Assembly (NCBI RefSeq): GCF_009914755.1
Contig: NC_060946.1
Direction: 5' to 3' (one strand)
DNA from: the human T2T-CHM13v2.0 reference genome, Homo sapiens
DNA length: 64,000 bases
A program made the position numbers and the translations under genes. The notes under the pieces are model-generated. The model ran no database searches and was not told the DNA's origin. It saw only the letters and a program-made list of their open reading frames with translations. This document shows positions 11,921 to 26,900 of the stretch, one piece after another. Numbering within the stretch: position 1 is the first letter of the stretch; each line of letters opens with the position of its first letter.

Positions 11921-14900
11921 TTCTCAGATTGCTTCCTTCTAGATTTTATGTGAAGATATTTCCTTTTCTATCATAGGCCGCAAAGTGCTCCAAATGTCCA
12001 CTTGCCAATTCTACAAAAAGGGTGTTTCCAAACTACGCATTCAAAAGAAAGGTACAACTCTGTTAGATGAACGTACATATCATAAAGAAGATTCTCAGAA
12101 TTCTTCTACCTGTTTTTTTTGTGAAGATATTTCCTTTTCCAACTTAAGCCTCAAGGTGCTTGAAAAGTCCCTTTGAAGATTCTCCGAAAAGAGTATTTGA
12201 AAACTGGTTCTTCTAAAGAAAGGTGGAACTCTGGGAGATGAATGCAGACATCACAGAGAAGTTTATCAGAATGCTTCTACCTACTTTTTATGTGAAGATA
12301 TTTCCTTCTCCACCACAGGCCTCAAACACTCCAAATGTCCACTTGCAGATTCTACAAAAAGAGAGTTTCCAATCTGCTCAATCAAAAGAAAAGTTTAACT
12401 CTGTGAGATTAATGCACACATCACAAAGAATTTTCTCAGATTTCTTCTGTCTGGATTTTATGTGAAGATATTTCCTTTTCTACCATTGGCTGCAAAGAGT
12501 TCCAAATGTCCACTTGCAGATGCTACAAAAAGTGTGTTTCCAAATTGCTCAATCAAAAGAAAGGTTCTACTCCGTGAGATGAACGCACTCATCACAAAGA
12601 AGTTTCTCAGAATTCTTCTGTCTAATTTTTATGTGAAGATATTTCCTGTTCCACCATAGGCCTCAAGACACTCTAAATGTCCGCTTGCAGATTCTACAAA
12701 AAGAGAGTTTCAAAACTGCTCAATCAAAAGAAAGGGTTATCTCTGTGAGATGAATGCATATATCACAAACAAGTTTCTCAGATTTTTCTGTCTAGATTTT
12801 ATGTGAAGATATTTAATTTTCTACCATAGACCACAAAGCACTCCAAATGTCCACTTGCAGATTCTACAAGAAAGAGTGGTACCAAACTGCTCAATCAAAA
12901 GAACGGTTCCACTCTGTGAGAAGAATGCACACATCACAAAGAAGTTTGTCAGAATTCTTCTGTCTGGTTTTTATGTGAAGATATTTCCTTTTCCACCATA
13001 GGCCTCAAAGCGTTCCAAATGTCCACTTGCAGATTCTACAAAAAGAGAGTTTGAAAACTGCTCAAACAGAAGAAAGTTTTAACCCTGTGAGATGAAAGGC
13101 CACATCACAAAGAAGTATCTCAGATTGCTTCTGTCTAGATTTTATGTGAAGACATTTCCTATTCTAACATAGGCTGCAAAGCGCTCTAAATATCCACTTG
13201 CAGATCCTTCAAAAACAGTATTTCCATACTGCTCAATGAAAAGAATGATTCAACACTGTAAGATGAACGCAAGCATCACAAAGAAGTTTCTCAGAATTCT
13301 TCGGTCTGGTTTTTATGTGAAGATAATTTCCTTTTCTAACATCGGCTTCAAAGCCCTCCAAATGTGCACTTGCAGATTCTGCAAAAAGAGACTTTCAAAA
13401 CCGCTCAGTCAAAAAATGTTTAATTCTGTGAGATAAATGCACACGTCACAAAGAAGTTTCTCAAATTGCTTCTTTCTAGATTTTATCTGAAGATATTTCC
13501 TTTTCCAGCATAGGCCTCAAAGTGCTCCAACTGTCCACTTGCAGATTCTACAAAAAGAGAGTTTCAAAACTGCTCAACCAAAAGAAAGGTTTACCTCTTT
13601 GAGATGAGTACACACATAACAAAGAAGTTTCTCAGATTGCGTCTGTCTAGATTTTATGTGAAGATATTTCCTTTTCTACTGTAGGCCACAAAGCTCTCAA
13701 CATGTCCACTTGCAGATTCTACGAAAAAAATTTTTCCAAACTGCTCAATCAAAAGAAAGGTTCAACTCTGTGAGATGAATGCACACATTTCAAAGAAGTT
13801 TCTCAGAATTCTTCTGCATAGCTTTTCTGTGAAGATATTTCATTTTCCACCCTAGGCCTCAAAGCACTCGAAATGTCCACAGGCAGATTCCACAAAAAGA
13901 GTATTTCAAAACTGGTCCATCAAAGGAAAGATTCAGCTCTGTTGAATGAATGCACACATTACAAAGAATTTTCTCAGAATGTTTCTGTCTAGATTTTATG
14001 TGAATATAGTCCTTTTTCTACCATAGGCTGCAAAGCGTTCCAAATGTCCACTTACAGGTACTACAAAAAGAGTTTTTACAAACTGCTCAATCAAAGGAAA
14101 GGTTCAACTCTGTAAGATGAACCCACATATCACAAAGAAGTTTCTCAAAATTCTTCTGTCCAGTTGTTACGTGAAGATGTTTTCTTTTCCAACATAGGCT
14201 TCAAGGCACTCGAAATCTCTACTTGCAGATTCTACAAAAAGAGTATTTCAAAACTGGTCCTTCAAAAGAAAGGTTCAATTCTGGGAGATAAATGCATACA
14301 TCACAAAAAAGTTTCTCAGAATTCTGTCTAGTTTTTATGTGAAGATATTTCCTTTGCCACCATAGGCCTCAAGGCACTCGAAATGTCCACTTGCAGATTC
14401 TACAAAAAGAGTATTTCAAAACTGGTCTTTCAAAAGAAAGGTTCACCTCTGGGAGATGAAGGCACACATCACAAAGAAGTTTACCAAATGCTTCCATCTA
14501 GTTTTTACGTGAAGATATTTCCTTTTCCACCATAGGCCTCAAAGCCCTCCAAATATCCACTTCCAGATTCTACAAAAAGGGTGTTTCAAAACTGCTCCAA
14601 TCAAAAGGAAGTTTTAACGCTGTGAGATGAATGCACACATCACAAATAAGTTTCTCAGATTGCTTCTGTCTAGATTTTATGTGAAGATATTTCCTTTTCT
14701 ACCATATACCGCAAAGTTCTCCAAATGTCCACTTGCAGATTCTACAAAAAGAGTGTTTCCAAACTGCTCAATCAAAATAAAGCTTCAACTCTGTGAGATG
14801 AATGCACACGTCCCAAAGAAGTTTCTCAGAACTCTTCTGCTTACTTTTTATGTGAAAATATTTTCTTTTCCACCATAGGCCTCAAAGCGCTCCAAATATT

Positions 14901-17900
14901 CACTTGCAGATTCTACAAAAAGAGTGTTTCAAAACTGCTCCAATCAAAAGGAAGTTTTAATGCTGTGAGATGAGTGCACACATCACAAAGAAGTTTCTCA
15001 GATAGCTTCTGTCTAGATTTTATGTGAAGATATTACCTTTTCTACCATAGACTGTAAAGCAATAAAAATTTCCACCTTCAGAGTCTAAAAAAAGAATGTT
15101 TCCAAACTGCTCAATAAAAAGAAGAGTTCAACTCTGTGAGATGAAAGCGCACATCACAAAGAAGTTTCTCAGAATTCTTCTGTCTAGTTTTTTTATGAAG
15201 ATATTTCCTTTTCCACCACAGGCCTCAAAGCTCTCCAAATGTCCACTTGCAGATTCTACGAAAAGAGAGTTTGAAAACTGCTCAATCAAAAGAAAGTTTT
15301 AACTTTGTGAGATGAATGCACACATCACAAAGAATTTTCACAGACTGCTTCTGTCTAGATTTTAAGTGAAGATATTTGCTATTCTAACATAGGCTGCAAA
15401 GTGCTCTAAATGTCAACTTGCAGATTCCTCAAAAACAGTATTTCCGAACTACTCAATCTAAAGAAAGCTTGAACTCTGTGAGATTAACGCACGCATCACA
15501 AAGAAGTTTCTCAGAATTCTTCTGTCTGGTTTTTATGTGAAGATATTTCCTTTTACACCATATACCTCAAAACGCTCCAAATGTCCACTTGCAGATTATT
15601 CAAAAAGAGTTTCAAAACTGCTCAATCAAAAGGAAGGATTATCTCTGTAAGATGAATGCACACACCACAAGTTTCTCAGATTCCTTCCATCTAGATTTTA
15701 TTTTTAATATTTCCTTTTCTACCAGAGGCCACAAAGCTCTCGAAATGTTCACTTGCGGATTCTACAAAGAGAGTGTTTCCAAACTGCTCAATCAAAACAA
15801 AGGTTTAACTCTGTGAGATGAATGCACACTAACAAAGAAGTGTCTCAGATTGCTTCTGTCTAGATTTTATGTGAAGATATTTCCTTTTCTACCACAGGCC
15901 GCAGAGCACTCCAGATGTCCACTTGCAGATTCTACAAGAAGAGTGTTTCCAAACTGCTCAATCAAAAGAAAGTTTCAACTCTGTGAGATGATTGCACCCA
16001 TCACAAAGAAGTTTCTCAGAATTCTTCTCTCTAGTTTTTATGTGTAGATATTTCCTTTTCCACTATAGGCCACAAAGCGCTCCAAATGTCCACTTGCAGA
16101 TTCTACAAAAAGACAGTTTCAAGACTGCTCAATCAAAAGGAAGGTTGCCCTCTGTGAAACGAATTCATACATCACAAAAATGTTTCGCAGATTGCTTCTG
16201 TCTAGATTTTATGTGAAGATATTTCTTTTTCTACTGTAGGCTGCAAAGCGCTCTTAATGTCCACTTGCAGATTCTAAAAAAGAGTGTTTCCAACCTGCTC
16301 TATGAAAAGAAAGGCTCAACTCTGTGAGATGAATGCATGCATCACAAAGAAGTTTCTCAGAATTCTTCTGTCTAGTTTTTTTTTTGTGAAGATATTTCCT
16401 TTGCCACCACAGGCCTCAAATCGCTCCAAATGTCCACTTGCAGATTCTACGAAAAGAGAGTTTCAAAACTGCTCAATCAAAAGAAAGGTTTAACTCTGTG
16501 AGATGAAAGGACACATCACAAAGAAGTTTCTCAGAATTCTTCTGTCTAGTTTTTATATGAAAATATTTCCTTTTCCACCACAGGACTCAAAGCGCTCCAA
16601 ATGTCCAGTTGCAGATTCTACAAAAAGAGAGTTTCAAACTGCTCAATCAAAAGAAAATTTTAACTGTGTGGGATGAATGCGCACATCACAAGGAAGTTTA
16701 TCAGATTGCTTCTGTCTAGTTTTTATGTGAAGATATTTCCCTTTCTACCATAGGCCGCAAAGCGTTGCAAATGTCCACTAGCAGATTCTACAAAAACAGT
16801 GTTTCCAAACTGCTCAATGAAAAGAAAGGTTCAACTCTGTGAGATGAATGCACACATCACAAAGAACATGGTCAGAATTTTTCTATCTAGTTTTTATGTG
16901 AAGATATTTCCCTTTCCACCATAGGCCCCAAAGTGCTCCAAAAATCCACTTGCAGATTCTACAAAAAGAGAGTTTCAAAACTGCTCTATCAAAAGAAAGT
17001 TTTAACTTTGTGAGATGAATGCACACATCACAAAGACGTTTTTCCGATTGCTACTGTCTAGATTTTATGTGAAGATATTTCCTTTTCTAACATAGGCTGT
17101 AAAGCGATCCAAATGTCCACTTGCAAATTCTACAAAATGACTGTTTCCAAACTGCTCAATCAAAAGAAAGCTTCAACTCTGTGAGATGAACACACACATC
17201 ACAAGGAAGTTTCTCAGAATTCTTCTGTGTAGTTTTTAATGTGAAGTAATTTCCTTTTCCACCGTAGGCCTCAAAGTGCTCCAAACGTCCACTTGCAGAT
17301 TCTACAAAAAGAGAGTTTCAGGAATGCTCAATTAAAAGAAAGTTTTAGCTCTGTGAGATGACCGCACACGTCACAAAGAAGTTTCTCAGATTTCTTCTGT
17401 CTAGATTTTATGTGATGATATTTCCTTTTCTACCACAGGCCGCAAAGCGCTCCAAGTATCCACTTGCAGATTCTACAAAAAGATAGTTTCCAAACTGCTC
17501 AATCAAAAGAAAGCTTCAACTCTGTGAGATGAATGCACACATCACAAAGAAATTTCTCAGAATCCTTCTGTCTAGTTTTTATATGAAGATTTTCCTTTTC
17601 CACCACAGTTCTCAAAACACTCCAAATATCCACTTGCAGATTCTTCAAAAAGAGTGTTTCCAAACTGCTCAATCAAAAGAATCTTTAACTCTGTGAGATG
17701 AGCACACTCATCACAAAGAAGTTTCTCAGAATTCTTCTGTCTAGTTTTTATTTGAAGATACTTCCTTTTCCAACATAGGCCTCAGATGGCTCCAAATGTC
17801 CACTTTCAGATTCTACAAAAAGAGAGTTTCAAAACTGCTCAAACAAAAGAAAGGTTGAAATCTGTGAGATGAATTCACACATCCCAAAGAAGTTTCCCAG

Positions 17901-20900
17901 ATTGCTTCTGTCTAGATTTTATGTGAACATATTTCCTTTTCTACAATAGGCTACCAAGCGCTACAAATGTCCACTTGCAGATTCTACAAAAAGAGTGTTT
18001 CCAAACTCCTTAATCAAAAGAAAGGTTCAACTCTGCGAGATGAATGCACACATCACAAAGATGTTTCTCAGATTGCTTCTGTCTAGATTTTATGTGAAGG
18101 TTTTTCCTTTCCTAGCATAGGCAGCAAAGTGATCCAAATGTCCACTTGCAGATTCTACAAAAAGATTGTTTCAAATATGCTCAATCAAAAGAAAGTTTCA
18201 GCTCTGTGAGATGTATGCCTGCATCACAATGAAGTTTCTCAGAATTCTTCTGTCTAGTTTTTATATGAAGATATTTCCTCTTCCACCATAGGCTTCATGG
18301 CACTCAAAATGTCCACTTGTAGATTCTACAAAAAGCGTATTTCAAAACTGGTCCTTCAAAAGAAAGGCTCAACTCTAGGAGATGAATGCGCACATCACAC
18401 GGAACATTCTGAGATTGTTTCTGTCTAGATTTTATGTGAAGATATTTCCTTTTCTACCATAGGCTGCAAAGGGCTCCAAATGTCCACTTGCAGATTCTAC
18501 AAAAAGAGTGTTTCCAAATTGTTCAATCAAAAGAAAGATTTAACTCTGTGAGATGATCACATGCATGAAAAAGAAGTTTCTCAGAATTATTCTGTCTAGT
18601 TTTTATGTGAATATATTTCCTTTTCCAACACAGGCCTCAAAGTGCTGCAAATGTCCACTTGCAGATTCTACAAAAAGAGAGTTTCAAAACTTCTCAATCA
18701 AAAGAAAGGTTTAACTCTGTGAGATGAATGCACACATCACAAAGAAGTTTCACAGATTGCTTCTGTCTAGATTTTATGTGAACATATTTCCTTTTCTACC
18801 ATAGCCGCAAAGCACTCCAAATGTCCAATTGCAGTTTCTACAAAAAGAGTGTTTCCAAACTGCTGAATTAAAAGAAAGGTTCAACTCTGTGAGATGAACG
18901 CAAGCATCACAAAGAAGTTTCTCAGAATACTTCTGTCTAATTTTTATGTGAAGATATTTCATTCTCCATCATTGGCCTCAAGGAACTTGAAATGTCCACT
19001 TGAAGATTCTATGAAAAGAGGATTTCAAAACTGCTCCAACAAAAGAAAGGTTTATCTCTGGGAGATGAATGCACACACAACAAAGAAGTTTCTCAGAATG
19101 CTTCTATCTAGTTTTTATGTGAAGATATTTCCTTTTCCACCATAGGAGTCAAAGCGCTACAATTGTCCACCTGCAAATTATACAAAAAGAGAGTTTCAAA
19201 ACTGCTCAATCAGAAGGAAGGTTTAACTCTGTGAGATGAATGCACACATCACAAGGAAGTTTCTCTGATTGCTTCTGTCTAGATTTTGTGTGAATATATT
19301 TCCTTTTCAACCATAAGCCACAAAGCACTATGAATGTCCACTTGCAGATTCCACAAAAACAGTGTTTCCGTACTACTCAATCAAAAGAAAGGTTCAACTC
19401 TGTGAGATGAAAGAAGTTTCTCAGAATTCTTCTGTCTAGTTTTCATGTGAAGATATTTCCTTTTCCACCATAGGCTTCAAGATGCTCCATATGTCCACTT
19501 GCAGATTCTACAAAAGGAGAGCTTCAAAACTGCTCAAACAAAAAAAAGGTTCAACTCTGTGAGATGAAACCACACATCACAAAGAAGTTTCTCACATTGC
19601 TTCTGTCTATATTTTATATGAAGATATTTCTTTCTGTACAATAGGCTGCAAAGCGCTCGAAACGTCCACCAGCAGATTCTCCAAAAAGAGTGTTTCCAAA
19701 CTGCTCAGTCAAAAGAAAGTTTCAAATCTGTGAAGTGAACGCACACATCACAAAGAAGTTTCTCAGGATTCTTCTGCCTAATTTTTATGTGAAGATATTT
19801 CCTTTTCCACCATAGGCCTCAAAGCACTCCAAATGTCCACTTGCACATTTTACAAAAAGAGAGTTTTGAAACTCCTCAATCAAAAGAAAGTTTTAGCACT
19901 TTGATGTGAATGCATACATCAAAAAGAAGTTTCTCAGATTGCTTCCATCTAGATTTCATGTGAAGATATTTCCTTTTCTGCCAAAGGCCAGAAAGCGCTC
20001 AAAATGTCCACTTGCAGATTCTACAAAAAGAGTGTTTCAAACCTGCTCTATCAAAAGAAAGGTTCAACTCTGTGGGATGAATGCACACAACACAAAGAAG
20101 TTTCTCAGAATTATTATCTCTAATTTTTATGTGAAGGTATTTCCTTTTCCAACATAGGCCCCAAACTGCTCCAAATGTCCACTTGCAGATTCTACATAAA
20201 GAGAGTTTCAAGACTGCTCAATCAAAAGAAAGATCTAACTCTGGGAGATGAATGCACACATCACAAAGAAGTTTCTCAGAAATCTTCTGTATAGTTTTTT
20301 TGGGAAGATATTTCCTTGTCTGCTATAGGTGGCAAAGCGCTCCAAATGTCCCCTGTCAGATTCTACAAAAACAGTGTTTCCATACCACTAAATGAAAAGA
20401 AAAGTTCAACTCTGTGAGATGAATGCACACATCACAAAGAAGTTTCTCAGAAATCTTCTGTCTAGTTTTTTTGTGAAGATATTTCCTTTTCCACCATAGG
20501 CCTCAAAGCGCTCCAAAATTCCACTTGCTGATTCTACAAAAAGAGTATTTCAAAACTACTCCTTCAAAAGAGAGTCTCAACTCTGGGAGATAAATGCACA
20601 AATCACAAAGTTGTTTCTCAGAATTCTCCTGTCTAGTTTTGTGTGAAGATATTTCCTTTTCCACCACAGGCCTCAAAGCTCTCCAGATGTCCACTTGCAG
20701 ATTCTACAAAAAGAGTGTTTCCTAACTGCTCAATCAAAAGAAAGTTTCAACTCTGTGAGATCAATGCTCACATCACAAAGAAGTTTCTCAGAATTCTTCT
20801 ATCTAGTTTTTAGTTGAAGATATTTCCTTTTCCACCATAGGCCTCAAAACCCTCCAAATATTCACTTGCAGATTCTAAAAAAAACAGACTTTCAAAACTG

Positions 20901-23900
20901 CTCAACCAAAAGAAAGGTTTAACTCTGTGAGATGAATGAAGACATCACAAAGAAGTTTCTCAGATTGCTACTGTCTAGATTTTATGTGAAGATATTTCCT
21001 TTCCTACCATAGGCCACAAAGCGCTCCAAATGTCCACTTGCAGATTCTACAAAAAGAGTGTTTCCAAACTGCTCAATCAACAGAAAGGTTCAACTGTGTG
21101 AGATGAATGCACACATCACAAAGTAGTTTCTCAGACTGCTTCTGTCTAGATATTATGTAAAGATGTTTCCTTTTCTACAATAGGACACAAAGCACTCCAA
21201 ATGTCCCCCTGCAGATTCTGGAAACAGAGTGTTTCCAAACTGCACAATCAAAAGAAAGTTTCAACTCTGTGAGATGAATGCACACATCACAAAGAAGTTT
21301 CTCAGAATTCTTCTGTCTAGTTTTTATGTGAAGATATTTCCTTTTCCACTATAAGCCTCAAAGCACTTCAAATGTCCACTTGCAGATTCTACAAAAAGAG
21401 AGTTTCAAAACTGCTCGTTCAAAAGAAAGTTTTAACTCTCTGAGATGAATGCAGACATAACAAAGATGTTTCTCAGACTGATTCTGCCTAGATTTTATGT
21501 GAGGGTATTTCGTTTTCTACCATAGGCCGCAAAGCTCTTCAAATGTCCAATTCCAGATTTTAAAACAAGGGTGTTTCCAAACTGCTCAGTCAAAAGAAAT
21601 GTTCAATTCTGTGAAATGAACGCATGCATCACAAAGATGTTTCTGAGATTGCTGCTGTCTAGATTTTATGTGAAGAAACTTTCTTTTCTACCACAGGCAG
21701 CGAAGCGCTCCAAATGTCCACTTGAAGATTCTTCAAAAAGAGAGTTTCAAAACTGCTCAATCAAAAGAAATATTTAACTCTGAGAGATGAACACACACAT
21801 CACAAAGAAGTTTCTCAGAATGCTTTTGTCCAGTTATTATGTAAAGATATTTCGTTAACCACCATATGCCTCAAAGCACTTCAAATGTCCACTTGCAGAT
21901 TTTACAAAAGAGAGTTTCAAAACTGCTCTATGAAAAGAAAGATTCAACTCTGTGAGATGAATGCACACAGCACAAAGAAGTATGTCAGGTTGCTTCTGTC
22001 TAGATTTTATGTGAAGATATTTCCTTTTCTACCATAGCCCGCAAAGCACTCCAAATGTCCACTTGCAGAGCCTACAAAAAGAGTGTTCCCAAACCGCTCA
22101 ATCAAAAGTAAGGTTCAACTCTGTGAGATGAACGCACACATCACAAAGGAGTTTCTCAGAATTCTTCTGTCTAGTTTTTATGTGAAGATATTTCCTTTTC
22201 CACCACAGGCCTCAAAGCCTTCCAAATGTCCACTTGCAGTTTGTAAAAAAAAGAGAGATTCAAAATTGCTCCATTAAAAGGAAGGTTTTACTCTGTGAGA
22301 TGAAGGCATACATCACAAAGATGTTTCTCAGATTGCTTCTGTCTAGATTTTATGTGAAGATATTTCCTTTTCTACCATAGGCTGCAAAGCACTCCAAATG
22401 TCCACCTGAAGATTCCACAAAAAGAGTGTTTCCAAACTGATCAATTAGAAAAAAGGTTCAACTCTGTGAGATGAACACACACATCACAAAGAAGTGTCTC
22501 AGAATTCTTCTGTCTGGTTTTTATGTGAAGATATTTCATTTTCCACCATAGGCCTCAAGGCGCTCGAAATGTCCACTTGCAGATTCTACAAAAAGTGTAT
22601 TTCAAAACTTGTCCATCAAAGAAAGTTTCAACTCTGGGACATGAATGCAAGCATCACAAAGAAGTTTCTGAGAATGCTTCTATCTCATTTTTTTGTGAAG
22701 ATATTTCCTTTTCCAACATAGGTCTCAAATTCCTCCAAATGTTCACTTGCAGATTCTACAAAAAGAGAGTTTCAAAATTCCTCAATCAGTAGAAAGGTTT
22801 AACTCTGTGAGATGAATGCACACATCACAAACAAGTTTCTCAGATTTCTTCTGTCTAGATTTTATGTGAAGTTATTTCCTTTTCTACCATAGGCCACGAA
22901 GCACTCCATATGTCCACTTGCAGATTGTACAAAAAGCTTGTTTTGCAAACTGCTCAATCAAAAGAAAGATTCAACTCTGTGAGATGAAACCATGCATCAT
23001 AAAGAAATTTCACGTTATTGTTCTGTCTAGATTTTATGTGAAGATATTTCCCTTTACACCATAGGCCTCAAGGCGCTCAAAATGTCCACTTGCAGATTAT
23101 ACAAAAATTGTATTTCAAAACTGGTCCATTAAAAGAAAGGTTTAACTGTGTGAGATGAATGCATGCATCACAAAGAAGTTTCTCAGGTTGCTTCTGTCTA
23201 TATTTTATATGAAGATATTTCCTTTTCTAACATAGGCCGCAAAGCGCTCCAAATATCCACTTGCAGAATCTACAAAAAGAGTGTTTCCAAACTGCTCAAT
23301 CAAAAGAAATCTTCAACTCCGTGAGATGAATGCACGCATCAGAAAGATGTTTCTCAGAAATCTTCTCTCTAGTTTTTATGTGAAGATATTAAGTTTTCCA
23401 CCATAGGCCTCAAAGCGATCCAAATGTCCACTTGCAGATACTACAAAAAGAAAGTTTCAAAATTGCTCAATCAAAAGAAAGGGTTAACTCTGTGAGATGA
23501 ATGCACACATCACAAAGAAGTTTCTCCGATTGCTTCTGTCTAGATTTTATGTGAAGATATTTTCTTTTCTATCATAGGCCACAAAGTGCTCCAAGTGTCC
23601 AATTGCAGATTCTTCAATGAGGGTTTCCAAACTGCTCAATCAAAAGAAAGGTTCAACTCTGTGAGATGAAAGCACGCATCACAAGGAGTTTCTCAGAAAT
23701 CTTCCGTCTAGTTTTTATGTGAAGATATTTCATTTTCCACCATAGGCCTCAAAGCACTGCAAATGTCCACTTGCAGACTCTACAAAAAGAGAGTTTCAAA
23801 ACTGCTCAATCAAAAGAAAGGGTTAAACATGTGAGATGAATGCAAACATCAGAAAGAAGTTTCTCAGATTGCTTCTGTCTAGATTATATATGAAGATATA

Positions 23901-26900
23901 TCCTTTTCCACCATAGGCCTCAAAGCGCTCCAATGTCCACTTGCAGATTCTCCAAAAAGAGTGTTTCTAAACTGCTCAATCAAAAGAAAGGTTCAACACT
24001 GTGAAATAAATGGACACATCACAAAGAAGTTTCTCAGAATTCTTCTGTCTAGTTTTTATGTGAGATATTTCCTTTTCCACCACAGGCCTCAAAGGTCTCC
24101 AAATGTCCACTTGCAGATTCTACAAAAAAGAGTCTCAAAAATGCTCAATCAAAAGAAAGTTTTAACACTGTGAGATGACTGCACACATCACAAAGAAGTT
24201 TCTCAGATTGGGTTTGTCTAGATTTTATATGAAGATATTTCCTTTTCTACCATAGGCCACAAAGCACTCCAAATGTCCAGTTGTAGATTCTACAAAAATC
24301 ATGTTTCCAAACTGCTCAATCAAAAGAAAGTTTCAACTCTGTGAGATGAACCCACATATCACAAAGACCTTTCTCAGAATTTTTCTGTCTAGTTTTTATA
24401 TGAAGATATTTCATGTTCCACCATAGGTCTCCAGGCACTCGAAATCTCCACTTGCAGATTCTACAAAAAGCGTATTTCACAACTGATCCATGAATAGAAA
24501 GGTTCAACTCTGGGAGATAAATGCACACATCACAAAGAAGTTTCTCAGATTGCTTCTGTCCAGATTTTATGTGAAGATATTTCATTTTCTACCAAAGGCC
24601 ACAAAGTGCTCCAAATGTCCACTTGCAGATTCTACACAAAGGGTGTTTCCAACCTGGTCAACCAAAAGAAAAGTTCAATTCTCTGAGATGAATGCACGCA
24701 TCACAAAAAAGTTTCTCAGAATTTTTCTGTCTCGTTTTTATGTGAAGATATTTGCTTTTCCACCATAGGCCGCAAAGCGCTCAAAATGTCCACTTGCAAA
24801 TTCTACAAAAATAGAGTTTCCAAACCGCCCCATCAAAAGAAAGCTCTAACTCTGTGAGTTGAATGCACACATCAAAAAGACGTTTCTCAGATTGCTTCTA
24901 TTAGATTTTATGTGAAGATATATGCTTTTCTACCATAGGCCACAACGCGCTCCAAATGTCAACTTGCAGATTCTACAAAAAGTGTGTTTCCAAACTGCTC
25001 TATCAAAATAAAGGTTCAACTCTGCGAGATGAACGCACACATCACAAAGGAGTTTCTCAGAATTCTTCTGTCTAGTTTTTATATGCAGATATTTTCTTTT
25101 CCACCATAGGCCTCAAAGCGCTCTAGATGTCCACTTGCAGATTCTTCAAAAAGAGAGTTTCAAAACGACTCAATCAAAAGAAAGCTTTACCTCTATGAGA
25201 TGAATGTACACATCACAAAGTAGTTTCTCAGATTGCTGCTGTCTACATTTTATGTGAAGATATTTTCTTTTCTACCATCGGCCACAAACAGCTCCAAATG
25301 TCCACTTGCAGATTCTACTAAAAGAGTGTTTCCAAACTGCTCAATCAAAACAAAGTTCAACTCTGTGAGATGAACGCACACATCACAAAGAAGTTTCTCA
25401 GAATTCTTCTGTCTGGTTTTTATATGAAGATATTTCCTTTTCCTCCATAGGCTTCAAAGTGGTCCAAATGTCCACTTGCAGATAATACAAAAAGAGAGTT
25501 TCAAAACTCCTCAATCAAAAGAAAGGTTTAACTCTGTGAGATGAATGCACACATTACAAAGTAGTTTCTCAGATTGCTTCTGTCCAGATTTCATATGAAG
25601 TTATTTCCTTTCCTAGAATAATCTGCAAAGTGATCCAAATGCCCCCTTGCGGATGATACAAAAAGAGTGTTTCCAAACTGCTCAATCAAAAGAAAGGTTT
25701 AACTCTGTGAGATGAACACACGCATCTCGAAGAAGTTTGTCAGAATTCTTCTGTCTAGTCTTAATGTGAAGATATTTCCTTTTCCACCATACGCCACAAA
25801 GCGCTCCAAATGTCCACTTGCAGATTCTACGAAAAGAGAGTTTCAAAACTGCTCAATCAAAAGAAAGGTTTAACTCTCTGAGATGAATGCAAACATCATA
25901 AAGAAGTTTCTCAGATTGCTTCTGTCTAGATTTTACGAGAGGATAATTCCTTTTCTGCCATAGGCCACAAAGCGCTCCAAATGTCCACATGTATATTCCA
26001 CAAAAAGAGTGTTTCCAAACTGCTCAAACAAAAGAAAGTTTCCACTCTGTGAGATGAACGCACACATCACAAAGAAGTTTCTCAGAATTATTCTGTCTAG
26101 TTTTTATGTAAAGATATTTCGTTTTCCACCATAGGTCTCAAAGCGCTCCAAATGTCCACTTGCAGATTCTACAAAAAGAGAGTTTCAAAACTTCTTAATC
26201 AAAATAAAAGTTTAACTCTGTGAGATGAGTTCACACATCACGAAGAAGTTTCTCAGATTGCTTCTGTCTAGATTTTATGTGAAGATATTTCATTTTCTAC
26301 CATAGGCCACAAAGTGCACAAAATGTCCACTAGCAGATTCTACAAAAAGAGTGTTTACAAACTGCTCAATCAAAAGAAAGATTCAACTCTGTAAGATGAA
26401 CGCACACATCTCAAAGTAGTTTGTCAGAATTCTTCTGTCTAGTTTTTATGTGAAGATATTTCCTTTTCCACCATAGGCCTCAAAGTGCTCCAAATGTCCA
26501 CTTGCAGGTTCTACAAAAAGAGAGTTTCAAAACTGCTGAATCAAAAGAAAGGTTTAACTCTGTGAGATGAATGCACACATCACAAAGAAGTTTCTCAGAT
26601 TTCTTCTGTCTAGATTTTATGTGAAGATATTTCATTTTCTACCATAGGCCACCAAGCGCACCAAATGTCCATTTGCAGATACTACAAAAACAGTGTTTCG
26701 AAACTGCTCAATCAAAAGAAATGTTCAACTCTGTGACATGAACGCACGCATCTCAAAGAAGTTTGTCAGAATTCTTCTGTCTAGTTTTTATGTGAAGATA
26801 TCTCCTTTTCCACCATAGGCTTCAAAGCGCTCCAAAGTCCACTTTCAGATTCTACAAAAAGAGAGTCTCAAAACTGCTCAATCAAAATAAAGGGTTAACT

